The notes: generated from the sequence alone by a model not told the origin. 64,000 nucleotides of DNA from Isoptericola halotolerans (GCF_013149785.1 NZ_JABEZU010000001.1:1240001-1304000); one strand, 5' to 3'; positions 9,691 to 20,317 are shown, counted from the first letter of the stretch. Numbers and translations: made by a program.

Positions 9691-10686
9691 GTGAGCGACG
9701 CGAGAGCGACGGTGCGGACTGTGCCGTCAGGGTTCAGCGTGGGCCTGGACATCGGGGGGACCAAGACGCTCGCCGTGCTCCTCGACGGTCACGGCGACGT
9801 GCTGGCCCAGACGCGACTGATCACCGAACGCGGCCCTGTGGGGGTCGTCGACGGCGCGGTGCGGGCGGTCCAGGGAGTCGTGCGCCAGGCGGGCGTCCCG
9901 CTCGACGACGTGGACGGCGTCGGCGTCGGTGTGCCGGGCCTGGTGGACGCCGGGGCCGGCACCGTGCGGCACGCCGTGAACGTCGGCGTCGACGGCGCTC
10001 CCCTCGAGCTCGCCACCCTCCTGTCGGCACGTCTCGGCGGCGTCGGCGTCGAGGTCGAGAACGACCTCAACGTCGCTGCCGTCGGTGCCGCCCACCTCGT
10101 CGAGGCGGAACAGGGCCGCAGCGTTCCGACGGATCTGGCCTTCCTCGCGCTCGGGACGGGCCTCGCCGCAGGTCTCGTGCTCGACGGCCGGCTGCGCCGC
10201 GGCAGCCGCGGTGCAGCAGGGGAGATCGGTCACGTCCCCGTCGACCCGTCCGGTCCGCCGTGCGCCTGCGGGCAGCGCGGCTGCCTGGAGCTGTACGCCT
10301 CGGGGTCGGCGGTGACAGCGCTGTGGCCGACGGCGTCGGGGCGCCCGGCCCCCGTGGAGATGTTCGAGGCAGCCGCCCGCGGCGACCTCGACGCGCTCGC
10401 GGCACGCGAGCGCTACGCGCGGGCCGTCGCGGCCGCCGTCCGGATGCTCGTGCTCACCGTCGACGTCCAGCACGTGGTGCTCGGTGGCGGGGTCTCCCAG
10501 CTCGGGCGGCCGTTGCTCGACGTCGTCCGCGACGCGCTGACCGACGAGTCGGCGGCCTCGGCGTTCCTGCGCTCGCTCGACCTGCCGGGGCGGGTGCGCC
10601 TGGCCCCCGGCCGCGTAGCCGTCGGTGCCGTCGGTGCCGCCGTCCTCGGCCGGGGCCAGGGTGTGCGGGCCCCGCACCCGGCCTGA
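9691..10686 (+). CDS. ROK family sugar kinase (GlcNAc/glucokinase-like)
   Basis: GLDIGGTK, VENDLN, LGTGLAAG, AGEIGH, CACGQRGCLE; no HTH. Confidence 0.88.
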   Translation: MSDARATVRTVPSGFSVGLDIGGTKTLAVLLDGHGDVLAQTRLITERGPVGVVDGAVRAVQGVVRQAGVPLDDVDGVGVGVPGLVDAGAGTVRHAVNVGVDGAPLELATLLSARLGGVGVEVENDLNVAAVGAAHLVEAEQGRSVPTDLAFLALGTGLAAGLVLDGRLRRGSRGAAGEIGHVPVDPSGPPCACGQRGCLELYASGSAVTALWPTASGRPAPVEMFEAAARGDLDALAARERYARAVAAAVRMLVLTVDVQHVVLGGGVSQLGRPLLDVVRDALTDESAASAFLRSLDLPGRVRLAPGRVAVGAVGAAVLGRGQGVRAPHPA

Positions 10687-10759
10687 AGAACCATGCACGA
10701 TCCACCGGGCCGGCGCGGGTGATCCTCGCTCCGCCCGTCACGACGAGAGGACCCTCCCT

Positions 10760-12073
10760 GTGATCCGACGACGCGCTGCCGGCGCGTGGGCAGCCGCCCT
10801 CGCGCTGGTGCCCGTGCTGTCCGCCTGCGGCCCCACCGAGGTCGTGCCCGAGTCCTCGGACGACATCGTCCTGTGGCTGGTCGGCGACGACACCGGCGAC
10901 GCCCTGCGCGAGCACCTCGTCGAGACCTTCGAGGCGCGGAACCCCGGGGCGACGCTGACGATCGAGCAGAAGGAGTGGGGGACGCTCGTCGACGACCTGG
11001 AGTCCTCCCTGGGGGACCCGGCCGCGACGCCGGACGTCGTCGAGCTGGGCAACACCCAGGCGCCGACCTTCACCCACGCGGGCTCGTTCCGCCCGATCTC
11101 CCCGGAGCTGTACGAGGAGCTCGGCGGGGACGACCTGCTGCCGTCGTTCGTCGAGGCGGGATCCGTGGACGGCACGATCTACGCGCTGCCCTACTACTTC
11201 GGCTCGCGGTACGTCTTCTACCGCAAGGACGTGTGGGAGGAGGCCGGCGCGACGGTGCCGCAGACGCTCGACGAGTTCGGCGAGACCGTCAAGCGCCTGC
11301 GGGACGGCAACCGGACCGGCTTCGCGATGGGGGGCCAGGACTGGCGCAACGGTGTCTCGTGGGTGTTCGCGCACGGTGGCGAGCTCGCCGTCAAGGAGGG
11401 CGACACGTGGGTGTCGACCCTGTCCGACCCTCGCACGATCACGGGGCTCGAGGCCTGGCAGGACATCTATGAGAACGCCTCCCACCTGCCGGTCACCGAG
11501 GTGGACGTCGCCTACTGGGACTTCCTCAACGACGGCCTGGCCACCGGTCAGCCGGCCGCCGCGAGCATGATGGCGCCGTCGTGGGCACGATGGTCCATCG
11601 GGGACCTCGTGCGCGACGAGAACAACCAGGAGGTGCGTGACGGCATGGCGGACAGCGACCGCTTCGGGATCTTCGCGCTCCCCGGCCTCGACGGCGGGGT
11701 GGCGCCCGTCTTCGCGGGCGGGTCCAACATGGCCGTCTCCGCCCTGACCCGCAACGCCGAGCTGTCCGAGGACCTGCTGCGGGTGGTCTACTCCGAGACG
11801 TACCAGACCATGCTCGCCGAGGCGGGCCTCGGGCCGGCGAACTCGACGTTCGCCGAGGCGCTGACGGGCGACAAGTTCGGCCGCACGCTGGTGCGCACGG
11901 CCGAGGCGTCGAAGCTGACCCCGCCTGCTCCCGGCTGGGCGGACATCGAGTCGCGCGGCATCTACGAGGAGCTCTTCAAGGAGATCGCGCGCGGCGGCAG
12001 CGTACCCGCGCTCGCCCAGCAGTACGACGCGGTGATCACGCCTCTCCTCGACGGCACCGCCGAGGACGACTGA
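10760..12073 (+). CDS. Second sugar ABC substrate-binding lipoprotein, close paralog of 6407..7750
   Basis: Lipobox LSAC; long near-identical peptides shared with the first binding protein; GTG start chosen after GAGAGG. Confidence 0.85.
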   Translation: MIRRRAAGAWAAALALVPVLSACGPTEVVPESSDDIVLWLVGDDTGDALREHLVETFEARNPGATLTIEQKEWGTLVDDLESSLGDPAATPDVVELGNTQAPTFTHAGSFRPISPELYEELGGDDLLPSFVEAGSVDGTIYALPYYFGSRYVFYRKDVWEEAGATVPQTLDEFGETVKRLRDGNRTGFAMGGQDWRNGVSWVFAHGGELAVKEGDTWVSTLSDPRTITGLEAWQDIYENASHLPVTEVDVAYWDFLNDGLATGQPAAASMMAPSWARWSIGDLVRDENNQEVRDGMADSDRFGIFALPGLDGGVAPVFAGGSNMAVSALTRNAELSEDLLRVVYSETYQTMLAEAGLGPANSTFAEALTGDKFGRTLVRTAEASKLTPPAPGWADIESRGIYEELFKEIARGGSVPALAQQYDAVITPLLDGTAEDD

Positions 12074-12122
12074 ACCGCTCGTCGTCGCACGCGACGACGG
12101 CACGAACAGGAAGGAGACCTCC

Positions 12123-12905
12123 ATGGAGGTCGTCATCGCACCCGCCGAGGAGCTGGCGGTGCTCGCCGCCGACGCGATCGAGGCGGTGCTGCGCAGCCGG
12201 GACGAGCCCGTGCTCGGCCTCGCCACCGGGTCGAGCCCGCTGGCGGTGTACGACGAGCTCGCGCGGCGTCACGCCGAGCAGGGCCTGTCGTTCGAGAGGG
12301 CCCGGGGCTTCATGCTCGACGAGTACGTCGGGCTGGCCGAGGACCACCCCCAGCGGTACCGCAACGTCATCGCCACGGAGATCGCCGAGCGGGTGGGCTG
12401 GCCGGCCGAGCGCGTCACCGGTCCGGACGGCGCGGCGACGGACCTGCCGGCGGCGTGCGCGGCCTACGAGGAGTCGATCGCGGCGGCGGGCGGGGTGGAC
12501 CTGCAGATCCTGGGGATCGGGACGGACGGGCACATCGCGTTCAACGAGCCGGGGTCGTCCCTGGCGTCGCGCACCCGGATCAAGACGCTGACCCGTCAGA
12601 CGCGGGAGGACAACGCGCGGTTCTTCGACGACGACGTGGACCAGGTGCCGACGCACTGCCTGACGCAGGGGCTCGGCACGATCATGGAGGCCCGGCACCT
12701 GGTGCTGCTGGCCACCGGCAGGCACAAGGCGGAAGCGATCCACCAGCTGGTCGAGGGGCCTGTCTCGGCCATGTGGCCGGCGACCGTGATGCAGTGGCAC
12801 CAGCACGCCACGGTGCTGGTGGACGAGGCCGCGGCGTCCCGGCTGCAGCTCGCCGCCTACTACGGCCAGACGTACGCCTCCAAGCCTGCCTGGCAGGGCC
12901 TGTAG
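12123..12905 (+). CDS. nagB: Glucosamine-6-phosphate deaminase
   Basis: LGLATGSSP, LDEYVGL, LGIGTDGHIAFNEP, TQGLGTI. Confidence 0.96.
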   Translation: MEVVIAPAEELAVLAADAIEAVLRSRDEPVLGLATGSSPLAVYDELARRHAEQGLSFERARGFMLDEYVGLAEDHPQRYRNVIATEIAERVGWPAERVTGPDGAATDLPAACAAYEESIAAAGGVDLQILGIGTDGHIAFNEPGSSLASRTRIKTLTRQTREDNARFFDDDVDQVPTHCLTQGLGTIMEARHLVLLATGRHKAEAIHQLVEGPVSAMWPATVMQWHQHATVLVDEAAASRLQLAAYYGQTYASKPAWQGL

Positions 12906-12954
12906 GCGGGTGCCGGGGGGTCGACGGCGGTGTCCGGCACGTAGGATGGTGCCC

Positions 12955-13278
12955 ATGAGCGAGCCCCTCTCCACCCCTCCCTCGCAGCCTTCGCAGGACC
13001 CCGGTTCGGGTACCAGCGTCCTCGAGCGCCCGGACACCCGTGAGCAGTCCGCGGAACCGGGCGACCACGAGCGGTTCGCGCACTACGTGCGCAAGGAGAA
13101 GATCATGGCGTCGGCGATGTCGGGCAAGCCCGTCATCGCCCTCTGCGGCAAGGTCTGGGTCCCCGGGCGCGACCCGTCGAAGTTCCCCGTGTGCCCTGTC
13201 TGCAAGGAGATCTACGACGGCCTGCGCGACCCGCAGGACGGCGGCAAGGGTGGCGACGACGGCGATTCCGGCAAGTGA
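12955..13278 (+). CDS. DUF3039-domain protein
   Basis: GDHERFAHYV.K.KI..SA..G.PV.ALCGKVWVP..DP.KFPVCP.CKEIY; start uncertain (12946 or 12955). Confidence 0.88.
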   Translation: MSEPLSTPPSQPSQDPGSGTSVLERPDTREQSAEPGDHERFAHYVRKEKIMASAMSGKPVIALCGKVWVPGRDPSKFPVCPVCKEIYDGLRDPQDGGKGGDDGDSGK

Positions 13279-15131
13279 GCGCCCCGCTTCCTGAGCCGGA
13301 GTCTCTCGACCTCTTCGAAGCCGCCGCGGAGCCGCCCAAGCCGCTGCCCCAGTCGCCGTCGGTGGCGGCGGCGTCCCACCTCAGCCCGGCCTACCCGCGC
13401 CGTGCGCCCTGGGGGACGGCGTCCAACCTGCGCGCCTGGCAGGCCGAGGCGCTCGCCCTGTACCACGAGCGCTCGCCGCGGGACTTCCTGGCGGTCGCCA
13501 CCCCGGGCGCCGGCAAGACGACCTTCGCGCTGCGGGTGGCCACCGAGCTGCTCGAGGCGGGCGTCGTGCGCCGGGTGACGGTCGTCGCGCCGACGGAGCA
13601 CCTCAAGCACCAGTGGGCCGACGCGGCCGCCCGGGTGGGGATCCGCATCGACCCGTCGTTCAAGAACTCCCAGGGCAGGCAGGGGTCCCACTACGACGGC
13701 GTCGCGCTCACCTATGCGCAGGTGGCGGCCAAGCCGGCGCTGCACCGTGCGCGGACGCAGGCGGCCCGCACCCTGGTGATCCTCGACGAGGTGCACCACG
13801 GTGGCGACGCGTTGAGCTGGGGGGAGGCCGTCCGCGACGCGTTCGAGGACGCGACCCGGCGGCTCGCCCTGACGGGCACCCCGTTCCGCAGCGACACCGC
13901 CTCCATCCCGTTCGTGACCTACGAGGCGGACCGCGAGGGCATCCGGCGCTCGAAGGCCGACTACACGTACGGCTACGGCGAGGCGCTGCGTGACCGCGTC
14001 GTGCGGCCCGTGCTGTTCATGACCTACTCGGGCGAGATGCGGTGGCGCACCCGTGCCGGGGACGAGGTCAGCGCCCGCCTCGGTGAGGCCATGACCAAGG
14101 ACATGCACGCCCAGGCGTGGCGCACGGCGCTGGACCCGAACGGCGAGTGGATCCCGTCCGTGCTCGCCGCGGCGGACAAGCGCCTGACGGAGGTCCGGCG
14201 ATCCGTGCCCGACGCCGGCGGGCTCGTCATCGCCTCGGACCAGACGGACGCCCGCGCCTACGCGGGGCACCTGGCCCGCATCACGGGCAGCAGCCCGACG
14301 GTCGTGCTGTCCGACGACGACGGCGCGAGCGCACGCATCGACGAGTTCTCCGCGGGCACGCAGCGCTGGATGGTGGCCGTGCGCATGGTCTCCGAGGGTG
14401 TGGACGTCCCGCGGCTCGCCGTCGGCGTCTACGCGACCAGCACCTCCACGCCGCTGTTCTTCGCCCAGGCCGTGGGGCGGTTCGTCCGGGCCCGCAAGCG
14501 CGGGGAGACGGCGTCGGTCTTCGTGCCCAGCGTGCCCTTGCTGCTCGAGCTCGCGAACGGCATGGAGATCGAGCGTGACCACGCCCTGGACCGACCCCAG
14601 ACCGCTGAGGAGCAGGGGATCGAGTACGACCCGGAGGCGGCGCTCCTCGCCGCGGCCAACCGCGAGGAGAAGGCGTCGGGGGAGCTCGTCGGGTCGTTCG
14701 AGGCGCTCGAGGCCCAGGCGTCGTTCGACCGGGTGCTGTTCGACGGCGGCGAGTTCGGCACGGGGGGAGACGTCGGGTCCGCCGCGGAGCAGGACTTCCT
14801 CGGGATCCCCGGGCTCCTGGACGCCGACCAGGTCACGACGCTGCTGCGCCAGCACCAGGCCGCCCAGGCCAACGGCCGCTCCGGGGCCGGGGCGACGTCG
14901 TCGGAGGCCGTGCTCGAGCAGTCCGAGCAGGAGCACCGCAGGGCGGCCGCGCTGCGCAAGGAGCTGTCCAAGCTGGTCTCGGCCTGGGCGCGCAAGTCCA
15001 GCCGACCCCACGGGTCGGTGCACACCGAGCTGCGACGGCGCTGCGGGGGCCCCGAGGTGCCGCTGGCCACGGCCGACCAGCTCGCCGAGCGCGTCGAGAT
15101 GGTCCGCGGCTGGTTCGTCGGCAAGAAGTAG
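13275..15131 (+). CDS. Superfamily II DEAD/DEAH-box helicase
   Basis: LRAWQ, ATPGAGKT, DEVHH, LTGTPFR, MVSEGVDVP, QAVGRFVR; GTGA overlap with DUF3039 stop. Confidence 0.92.
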   Translation: MSAPLPEPESLDLFEAAAEPPKPLPQSPSVAAASHLSPAYPRRAPWGTASNLRAWQAEALALYHERSPRDFLAVATPGAGKTTFALRVATELLEAGVVRRVTVVAPTEHLKHQWADAAARVGIRIDPSFKNSQGRQGSHYDGVALTYAQVAAKPALHRARTQAARTLVILDEVHHGGDALSWGEAVRDAFEDATRRLALTGTPFRSDTASIPFVTYEADREGIRRSKADYTYGYGEALRDRVVRPVLFMTYSGEMRWRTRAGDEVSARLGEAMTKDMHAQAWRTALDPNGEWIPSVLAAADKRLTEVRRSVPDAGGLVIASDQTDARAYAGHLARITGSSPTVVLSDDDGASARIDEFSAGTQRWMVAVRMVSEGVDVPRLAVGVYATSTSTPLFFAQAVGRFVRARKRGETASVFVPSVPLLLELANGMEIERDHALDRPQTAEEQGIEYDPEAALLAAANREEKASGELVGSFEALEAQASFDRVLFDGGEFGTGGDVGSAAEQDFLGIPGLLDADQVTTLLRQHQAAQANGRSGAGATSSEAVLEQSEQEHRRAAALRKELSKLVSAWARKSSRPHGSVHTELRRRCGGPEVPLATADQLAERVEMVRGWFVGKK

Positions 15132-15152
15132 AGCGTCCCGCGTCTGCTGCCG

Positions 15153-15710
15153 TCAGACGAGGACGGCCAGGGTCAGCGGCTCGTCCTGGCCTTCCCAGGT
15201 CGCCGCCAGCGTGGGGACCCCGGGCTCGGGTGCGTGGGGCAGGCGGACCGTCCGGACGGTCGTGGCGCCGTCGGATCCTGTGCCGGGCATCGCCCGAGCC
15301 TGGACCAGGGGGGTGCGCTCCGTGACCGTCCCGTCGAGATGGTGCACGGTCTCGGCGGCCTGTGCGGGGCCGGTGAGGATCGCCTGCCGCACGGCCGTCC
15401 GGTAGACCGGGTCGGCGTCGGCGTCGTAGAGCCAGCGGGTGCCGAGCACGGAGTGCGTCGCGGTGCCCATCAGGGCGTGGGCGAGCTCGGGTGCCTCGGC
15501 GCCACGGTAGGTGCACGGGACGTGGACGACGGTGCCGTCGTCGGTGTGCAGGACGAGGAGCTCGACGCCCACCTCCCCGGCGGGGTCGTCGAGCCGGAGG
15601 CCGCCGACGAGCCGCAGGTCTCCGCCCGGGTACCACGGCTGGTCCGGCAGCCACCCCCCGAGGATCTCCTGCTTGCTCGGGACGATGGTCGCCTGGTGAA
15701 GAATCGCCAT
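15153..15710 (-). CDS. Stand-alone maltokinase N-terminal cap-like protein
   Basis: PSK.E....WLP.QPW, DDPAGEVGVE, VP.TYRG, HSVLG.RW.YDA..DP. Confidence 0.75.
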   Translation of the reverse strand: MAILHQATIVPSKQEILGGWLPDQPWYPGGDLRLVGGLRLDDPAGEVGVELLVLHTDDGTVVHVPCTYRGAEAPELAHALMGTATHSVLGTRWLYDADADPVYRTAVRQAILTGPAQAAETVHHLDGTVTERTPLVQARAMPGTGSDGATTVRTVRLPHAPEPGVPTLAATWEGQDEPLTLAVLV

Positions 15711-15760
15711 GCCAGCACGATATGCCCGGCGGGGAGCCTGCGGTGGTCGGGTCGTGGCGC

Positions 15761-15830
15761 TTCTGTTCGTTCATGTGCGGCCGGTTCGGCACACATGTCT
15801 GCCGAACCGGCCGCTCACTACCGAACAGAA
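15761..15830. repeat. Nested inverted repeat
   Basis: Perfect 15-bp arms at 15777-15791 and 15800-15814, plus outer 9-bp arms TTCTGTTCG/CGAACAGAA. Confidence 0.85.
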
Positions 15831-15894
15831 AGTGCGTCTCACATTGAACGTTAAACGATTCACCTCGTTCCCCGTCGGTGCCTTCGCCGTCATG

Positions 15895-15910
15895 ATGTGA
15901 GCGTTCACAT
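15895..15910. promoter_or_regulatory. LacI-family operator-like palindrome ATGTGAGCGTTCACAT
   Basis: One mismatched pair from a perfect palindrome, central CG, about 100 bp upstream of the GH62 gene. Confidence 0.7.
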
Positions 15911-16006
15911 CAGGGGTCGACACCGTCGTCGGCCACCTCGACCCGCCACGACCGCACGACATCGGCCGTCCGCCGTGCGTGCCGGTCCAGGAGACAGGAG
16001 CGAAGG

Positions 16007-17485
16007 ATGAAGAGGTCCGTAGCCCGCATCGCACTGGGGGTGGCCGCCGCGCTGGCGCTGACCCCGGTGCTGGCAGCGCACACCGACACGCCCGCCGTGG
16101 CCGACCAGCACGGTGGCAACTTGATCACCAACGGCGACATGGAGAACGGGACGGCCGGCTGGACGTCCTTCGGGGACGGGACCGTGAGCCCCGGCTGGTG
16201 GCCCGTCCACGGGGGCAGCCAGGCGCTGCGGTACACGGACCGGACCGCGTCCTGGAACGGACCGGCCCAGGACGTGACGGCGGCTCTGTCGAACGGCGCC
16301 ACCTACTCCACGAGCGCCTGGATGCGGACGGAGAGCGGGACCCCGGACGGCAAGGTGACGTTGGCCGTCACCGCCGGCGGCACCACCGACTACGTCGCGC
16401 TCGCGCAGGGCGCCGTCGACCCGTGGGGCTGGACGGAGCTCACCGGCGAGGCCACCGTGTCCTGGTCGGGGACGCTCGAGTCCGCGACCCTGTACGTCGA
16501 GACGACCAGTGGCACCGACGACTTCCGCATCGACGACGTCGCCGTCCTCGGCGACCACGACGGAGGAGGGTCCACCTGCGACCTGCCGGGCTCGTACCGC
16601 TGGTCCTCCACCGGGCCGCTCGCCCAGCCGGGCCCCGGGTGGGCCTCGCTCAAGGACTTCACGACGGTCCCGTACGACGGCGGGCACCTCGTCTACGCCA
16701 CCACGCACGACTTCGGCGACTCATGGGGATCGATGGCCTTCGACGTCTTCGGCGACTGGTCCGAGATGGGGTCGGCCGCCCAGCACGGCATGCAGTCCTC
16801 GACCGTGGCGCCCTCGCTGTTCCACTTCGAACCGGCCGACACCTGGGTGCTCGCCTACCAGTGGGGTGAGTGGCCGTTCATCTACCGCACGTCGGACGAT
16901 CCGACGAACCCGAACGGATGGTCGTCGCCGAGCCCCCTGTTCACCGGGTCCATCCAGAACTCGGACACAGGCCCGATCGATCAGGCGCTCATCGCCGACG
17001 ACACCCACATGTACCTGTTCTTCGCCGGGGACAACGGGAACATCTACCGGTCCAGCATGCCGCTCGAGAACTTCCCGGGGAGCTTCGGGTCGTCCTACGA
17101 CGTGATCATGAGCGACACCACGAACAACCTGTTCGAGGCCGTCCAGGTCTACCGGGTCGACGGCACCGGCGAGTACCTCATGATCGTCGAGGCGATCGGC
17201 GCGAACGGCCGGTACTTCCGCTCCTTCACGGCAGACAGCCTCGACGGGCAGTGGACGCCGCAGGCCGCGACGGAGTCCAACCCGTTCGCGGGGAAGGCGA
17301 ACAGCGGCGCCACCTGGACGGACGACATCAGCCACGGCGAGCTCATCCGCACCAGCGCCGACCAGACGATGACCGTGGACCCCTGCAACCTGCAGCTGCT
17401 GTACCAGGGCCGTGACCCGGGCTCCGACGGAGTGGACTACGGCCTGCTCCCGTACCGTCCCGGACTGCTCACCCTGCAGAGCTGA
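16007..17485 (+). CDS. Secreted alpha-L-arabinofuranosidase GH62 with N-terminal CBM4/9/22-type module
   Basis: Signal peptide; NGDMENG..GW and R.ASWNGP.Q in the [45 protein letters not shown] in GH62. Confidence 0.93.
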   Translation: MKRSVARIALGVAAALALTPVLAAHTDTPAVADQHGGNLITNGDMENGTAGWTSFGDGTVSPGWWPVHGGSQALRYTDRTASWNGPAQDVTAALSNGATYSTSAWMRTESGTPDGKVTLAVTAGGTTDYVALAQGAVDPWGWTELTGEATVSWSGTLESATLYVETTSGTDDFRIDDVAVLGDHDGGGSTCDLPGSYRWSSTGPLAQPGPGWASLKDFTTVPYDGGHLVYATTHDFGDSWGSMAFDVFGDWSEMGSAAQHGMQSSTVAPSLFHFEPADTWVLAYQWGEWPFIYRTSDDPTNPNGWSSPSPLFTGSIQNSDTGPIDQALIADDTHMYLFFAGDNGNIYRSSMPLENFPGSFGSSYDVIMSDTTNNLFEAVQVYRVDGTGEYLMIVEAIGANGRYFRSFTADSLDGQWTPQAATESNPFAGKANSGATWTDDISHGELIRTSADQTMTVDPCNLQLLYQGRDPGSDGVDYGLLPYRPGLLTLQS

Positions 17486-17497
17486 GCAGACCATCTG

Positions 17498-17541
17498 CGG
17501 TCCGCGCCACGACCCGGGCTGCCGGGTCGTGGCGCGGACCG
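17498..17541. terminator. Perfect 20-bp hairpin between convergent genes
   Basis: CGGTCCGCGCCACGACCCGG-gctg-CCGGGTCGTGGCGCGGACCG. Confidence 0.75.
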
Positions 17542-17558
17542 TGCGCCGGACGGGCTGC

Positions 17559-18992
17559 TCACAACCCCCATGTGACCGTCGGGATCGCTGCCTCGCCGTG
17601 CGACAGCCGCCTGGCACCGCGCGGCAGCTCGGCACGGGACGTCCGGTGCTGGGTCGCGGCGTTGGCCACGCCGTACGCACCCACCCAGCGGGAGTCGACC
17701 GCGCCGTCGGTCACCAGCGGCACGTGCAGCCGACGCAGGCGGCCGTCGTCGGCGCCGAGCTCGCTGCCGTCCGGCTCCCAGGCGACGACGTCCTCGTCCG
17801 GGCCCGTGACCAGCACCTCCTCGACGGCGCGGCCGTCACCGTCGAGGCGGCGTGCCGCCGCCTTGCGACCTCCGCTGCTGGTCTTGCGCACCGAGCTCTT
17901 CTCCACCGGCTGCATGCGCCCGCCGGAGTCCGTGCGGGCGACCAGCTTGTAGACCATGCCGCAGGTCGGGGCGCCGGACCCGGTCACGAGCGACGTGCCC
18001 ACGCCGTAGACGTCCACGGGTGCGGCGGCCAGACCGGCGATGGCATGCTCGTCGAGGTCGGAGGTGACCACGATCTTCGTCTCCGTGGCCCCCAGGGTGT
18101 CGAGCTGCTCGCGCACCTCGACGGCGAGCGCACCGAGGTCGCCGGAGTCGAGCCGCACGGAACCCAGGCCGGTACCTGCCGCCTCGACGGCGCGCTCGAC
18201 GCCGCGCCGGACGTCGTAGGTGTCGACCAGCAGCGTGGTGCCGGCGCCGAAGGCCGCGACCTGGGAGGCGAAGGCCGACGGCTCGTCGTCGTGCAACAGG
18301 GTGAACGCGTGCGCCGCGGTGCCGATCGTGTCCAGGCCGTAGCGGAATCCCGCCTCCAGGTTGCTGGTCCCGGCGAACCCGGCCACCACGGCCGCCCGTG
18401 CGGCGGCGACGCCGGCCTGCTCGTGCGTGCGCCGCGAGCCCATCTCGAGCACCGGCCGGTCGACCGCGGCGCTCGTCATCCTCGAGGCCGCCGAGGCGAT
18501 CGCCGAGTCGTGGTTGAGGATGGCCAGCACGAGCGTCTCCAGCACCACGGCCTCGGCGAAGGTGCCCTCCACCTGCAGCACCGGCGACCCGGGGAAGAAC
18601 GTCTCGCCCTCCGCGTAGCCGGTGATCGTCCCGGTGAAGCGGTAGCCGCGCAGGAAGTCGAGCGTGCGCTCGTCGACCACGCCGGCCCCTTCGAGGTACG
18701 CCAGCTCGGTGTCGCCGAAGCGGAAGGCGGGCAGCGCCTCGAGGACCCGACCGGTCCCCGCGACCACGCCGTAGCGTCGCCCGGCCGGCAGCCTGCGGGT
18801 GAACACCTCGAACACGCAGTGCCGGTGCGCGGTGCCGTCGGCCAGCGCGGCCTGCAGCATGGTGAGCTCGTACCGGTCCGTCAGCAGGGACAGCGACGGC
18901 CGCAGCGCTGGCAGAGGGGCGGCCGGCAGCGACAGCGGCGAGGCGGGGGACTCGGGCGACGAGGCACCGTCGCCCCGGTTCGCGTCGTTCAT
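17559..18992 (-). CDS. pncB: Nicotinate phosphoribosyltransferase
   Basis: [46 protein letters not shown]. Confidence 0.95.
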   Translation of the reverse strand: MNDANRGDGASSPESPASPLSLPAAPLPALRPSLSLLTDRYELTMLQAALADGTAHRHCVFEVFTRRLPAGRRYGVVAGTGRVLEALPAFRFGDTELAYLEGAGVVDERTLDFLRGYRFTGTITGYAEGETFFPGSPVLQVEGTFAEAVVLETLVLAILNHDSAIASAASRMTSAAVDRPVLEMGSRRTHEQAGVAAARAAVVAGFAGTSNLEAGFRYGLDTIGTAAHAFTLLHDDEPSAFASQVAAFGAGTTLLVDTYDVRRGVERAVEAAGTGLGSVRLDSGDLGALAVEVREQLDTLGATETKIVVTSDLDEHAIAGLAAAPVDVYGVGTSLVTGSGAPTCGMVYKLVARTDSGGRMQPVEKSSVRKTSSGGRKAAARRLDGDGRAVEEVLVTGPDEDVVAWEPDGSELGADDGRLRRLHVPLVTDGAVDSRWVGAYGVANAATQHRTSRAELPRGARRLSHGEAAIPTVTWGL

Positions 18993-19060
18993 GCCCCCAC
19001 CGTAGGGCTCGGCGGGGCGCGGAGCAGCATCAGCGGCGCGTGTCCCCCTACCCTGGTGCT

Positions 19061-19387
19061 GTGACGACGAGCTCGGCGACGCAGGAGGACACCCGCACCG
19101 AGGAGGTGTCCCGGCTCTCCGACCCCTGGGTGACGATCGTGTGGAACGACCCCGTCAACCTCATGAGCTATGTCGCCTACGTCTTCGAGAGCTACTTCGG
19201 CTACCCGCAGGCCAAGGCCGCGAAGCTCATGCTGCAGGTGCACCACGAGGGTCGTGCCGTCGTCTCGACCGGTCCGCGAGAACGCATGGAGGTCGACGTG
19301 CAGGCGATGCACGGGTTCGGCCTGTGGGCCACGCTGCAGCAGTCAGGGGCGCCGGGCGGCTCCGCGGGCGCGGGGGAGGACGCGTGA
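19061..19387 (+). CDS. clpS: ATP-dependent Clp protease adaptor ClpS
   Basis: [35 protein letters not shown]. Confidence 0.95.
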   Translation: MTTSSATQEDTRTEEVSRLSDPWVTIVWNDPVNLMSYVAYVFESYFGYPQAKAAKLMLQVHHEGRAVVSTGPRERMEVDVQAMHGFGLWATLQQSGAPGGSAGAGEDA

Positions 19388-20058
19388 CGCCGTTCCGGGC
19401 GACGCCGGCGGGGTTCGTCGCGCGCTGGGAACCCGTCGAGCGTGAGGTGCTGGCCCGCGTGGCCCGCGACGTCGCCGGGCTGCTGAGTGCCGACGCCGGT
19501 CTGCCCGACGAGGTGACCGACCAGGAGGTGGCCTTCACCGGCGTGGCCCGCATCCCGCGGGACCCCGCCGTGCAGCGACTGCTCCCCGACGCCCACCGGG
19601 AGGACGCCGAGGTCGCCGCCGAGTTCCGGCACCTGACGCAGACCGATCTCGCCGCGGGCAAGGTGTCCCGGCTGCACACGTTCGCGGACACCGTCGAGGC
19701 AGCCGACGACGGCGGCGTGGCCGGTCCTGGCTCCGACGGGCAGGTGCTGGTCGCCCGGGACGCGGCGCAGGACTTCGCGGGGGCGCTGACCGACGTGCGT
19801 CTGGTGCTCGGCGAACGGCTGGGCCTGGACGACGACGCCGACGTCGAGCACCTGCATCACGAGGTCCTGACGGGCCTGGGCGTCGTCGAGGAGGCCGACG
19901 ACGTGGATCCGGACGCTGATCCTGACGTGGACGACGCCGGCCTGGACGCCGAGCAGCGCTCCTACTGGGGCGGCGTGTTCGTCGCGGCCGGGTTCGCCCA
20001 GGAGTCCCTCATGGACGAGATGCTCGCCGAGCTGCGCGCCCGCCGGGGCGCGGGCTGA
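19384..20058 (+). CDS. DUF2017 family protein
   Basis: [14 protein letters not shown]...[20 protein letters not shown]; usual position after clpS; GTGA overlap. Confidence 0.88.
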   Translation: MTPFRATPAGFVARWEPVEREVLARVARDVAGLLSADAGLPDEVTDQEVAFTGVARIPRDPAVQRLLPDAHREDAEVAAEFRHLTQTDLAAGKVSRLHTFADTVEAADDGGVAGPGSDGQVLVARDAAQDFAGALTDVRLVLGERLGLDDDADVEHLHHEVLTGLGVVEEADDVDPDADPDVDDAGLDAEQRSYWGGVFVAAGFAQESLMDEMLAELRARRGAG

Positions 20059-20317
20059 GACCTCCTCGGACCGGCGGGTGGAGACGCCCCGGGCGGGCGT
20101 CGAGCTCCGCGAGGATGGCCTCGGCCACGGCGAGGTCGCGGCCGAGGGACGACGGTGACCCGCCGTGCCGGACCGCAGGAGCGCCGTCCCGACGACCTGT
20201 CGCACCGCGCTCCTGGCCGATGCCGGCACCCGCCAGGTCACGGAGGGCGACCCTGCCCTCGACCCGCAGCAGCGGGATGCGGAACAGGCGGGCCACGAGG
20301 CGGATCTCGATGATCAC
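20009..20317 (-). CDS. Hypothetical protein (last gene of four-gene operon)
   Basis: GTG at 20317 preceded by GAGGT just after the upstream stop; overlaps DUF2017 3' end by 50 bp. Confidence 0.45.
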   Translation of the reverse strand: MIIEIRLVARLFRIPLLRVEGRVALRDLAGAGIGQERGATGRRDGAPAVRHGGSPSSLGRDLAVAEAILAELDARPGRLHPPVRGGLSPRPGGRAARRASRP

